From NCBI GenBank assembly GCA_030324005.1, contig JARDVH010000193.1, forward strand, positions 44,560,602 through 44,624,601: a stretch of DNA of 64,000 bases. The letters are read 5' to 3'. The stretch is from Negaprion brevirostris. Taxonomy: Eukaryota. Below the pieces are notes generated by a model. That model was not told the origin of the DNA. It ran no database searches and saw only the letters and a list, made by a program, of their open reading frames with translations. This document shows positions 63,173 through 64,000 of the stretch, in pieces (within the stretch, counting starts at the first letter, position 1; each line of letters begins with the position of its first letter). A program made the position numbers and the translations under genes.

Positions 63173-64000
63173 TATAAAGAGAAGCATGCTACTATTTTAA
63201 AAAGTTTCTACAGCTGCCAGGGCAGCAATAAGCCAATGAAGGGGAAATGGTAGCCTTTGCGGTTTCTTAGTATTTCAGCAACCTGTCTCTCTATTTCCTG
63301 CTGGTGTATCTGACTTCTGGTGAAAAGAAAGTCACCTCAAAGGTATCTATGAAAGCAGCACAGTACAAAGTGTTCAGTTCAGTTACAGATTTCAGAGTGT
63401 CAGGAAGCCCTACCAAATGGATTACAAACCAAAAATTCATATTTACATCAATTATTTTACAAGCAAACTGAGAATTCACATAATTAAACTTTTAATATCA
63501 TGGTCTTTTGTCCACAATTAGAAAACGCACCTCAAATGACTGACTAGGAATTTTCATATCGAATTAATCCTGAGAGAANNNNNNNNNNAGCAGAAAGGAA
63601 GCATGAGGAGAGGAAATCCCACGTCAGCAACTTGCCCAAAACTCAATGGCCTGCAGCATCCTGGTGCAATCAATCACCTACATTGCACCAGAACCCCACC
63701 AAACACTATAGTTGATGAACATGATCATCTTTGCCTCAAATAACGAACACAATTTTACAAACAAGTTAGTGTATTGCAAGAAATTTAACCAGAGGAAGCT
63801 TTTATACTCAAATACGCTGTTATCAAACTAAGTTAAGAGAACACAAAACACTGTGATAATTTAGAAAACTGAACAGTGACTGTTCTCCAAAATTCCATTC
63901 ACGTCACAGTTAGAGTAGGTCATTCAGCATAAATGGTTATACTGTACAGTATTTTCTGGCCAATTTGGTCCATTATCAGTGGGGAAGCCAGAGATAGTCA

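Overview
Vertebrate nuclear DNA, almost certainly from a shark or other elasmobranch, judging by the HE1-type V-SINEs, Deu-domain SINEs and abundant CR1/L2 LINEs. The draft assembly has many N gaps. The only host gene I can support is RANBP10 (SPRY-LisH-CTLH-CRA scaffold of the CTLH/GID E3 ligase) on the minus strand. Nine coding exons between 62236 and 25021 were read by hand, all with GT-AG boundaries, including a 23-nt micro-exon. Two expected exons (the Ser-rich exon and the terminal coding exon) are not visible and probably fall in N gaps. A ~7 kb transposon-free tract (~15720-22821) is the likely 3' UTR. The rest is decayed mobile DNA: CR1, L2, RTE and Rex1/Babar LINEs, several SINE families, a TA-flanked Tc1/mariner MITE, Harbinger-like MITEs and a solo LTR. 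The most notable element is an internally deleted Copia-type LTR retrotransposon relic with both LTRs and a Met-tRNA PBS inside a RANBP10 intron. I found no convincing new biological system. The best leads are the Copia relic, a candidate alternative 20-nt micro-exon and an inverted target duplication at a young CR1 insertion. Repeat boundaries are approximate, and exon numbering follows my recollection of the human gene.
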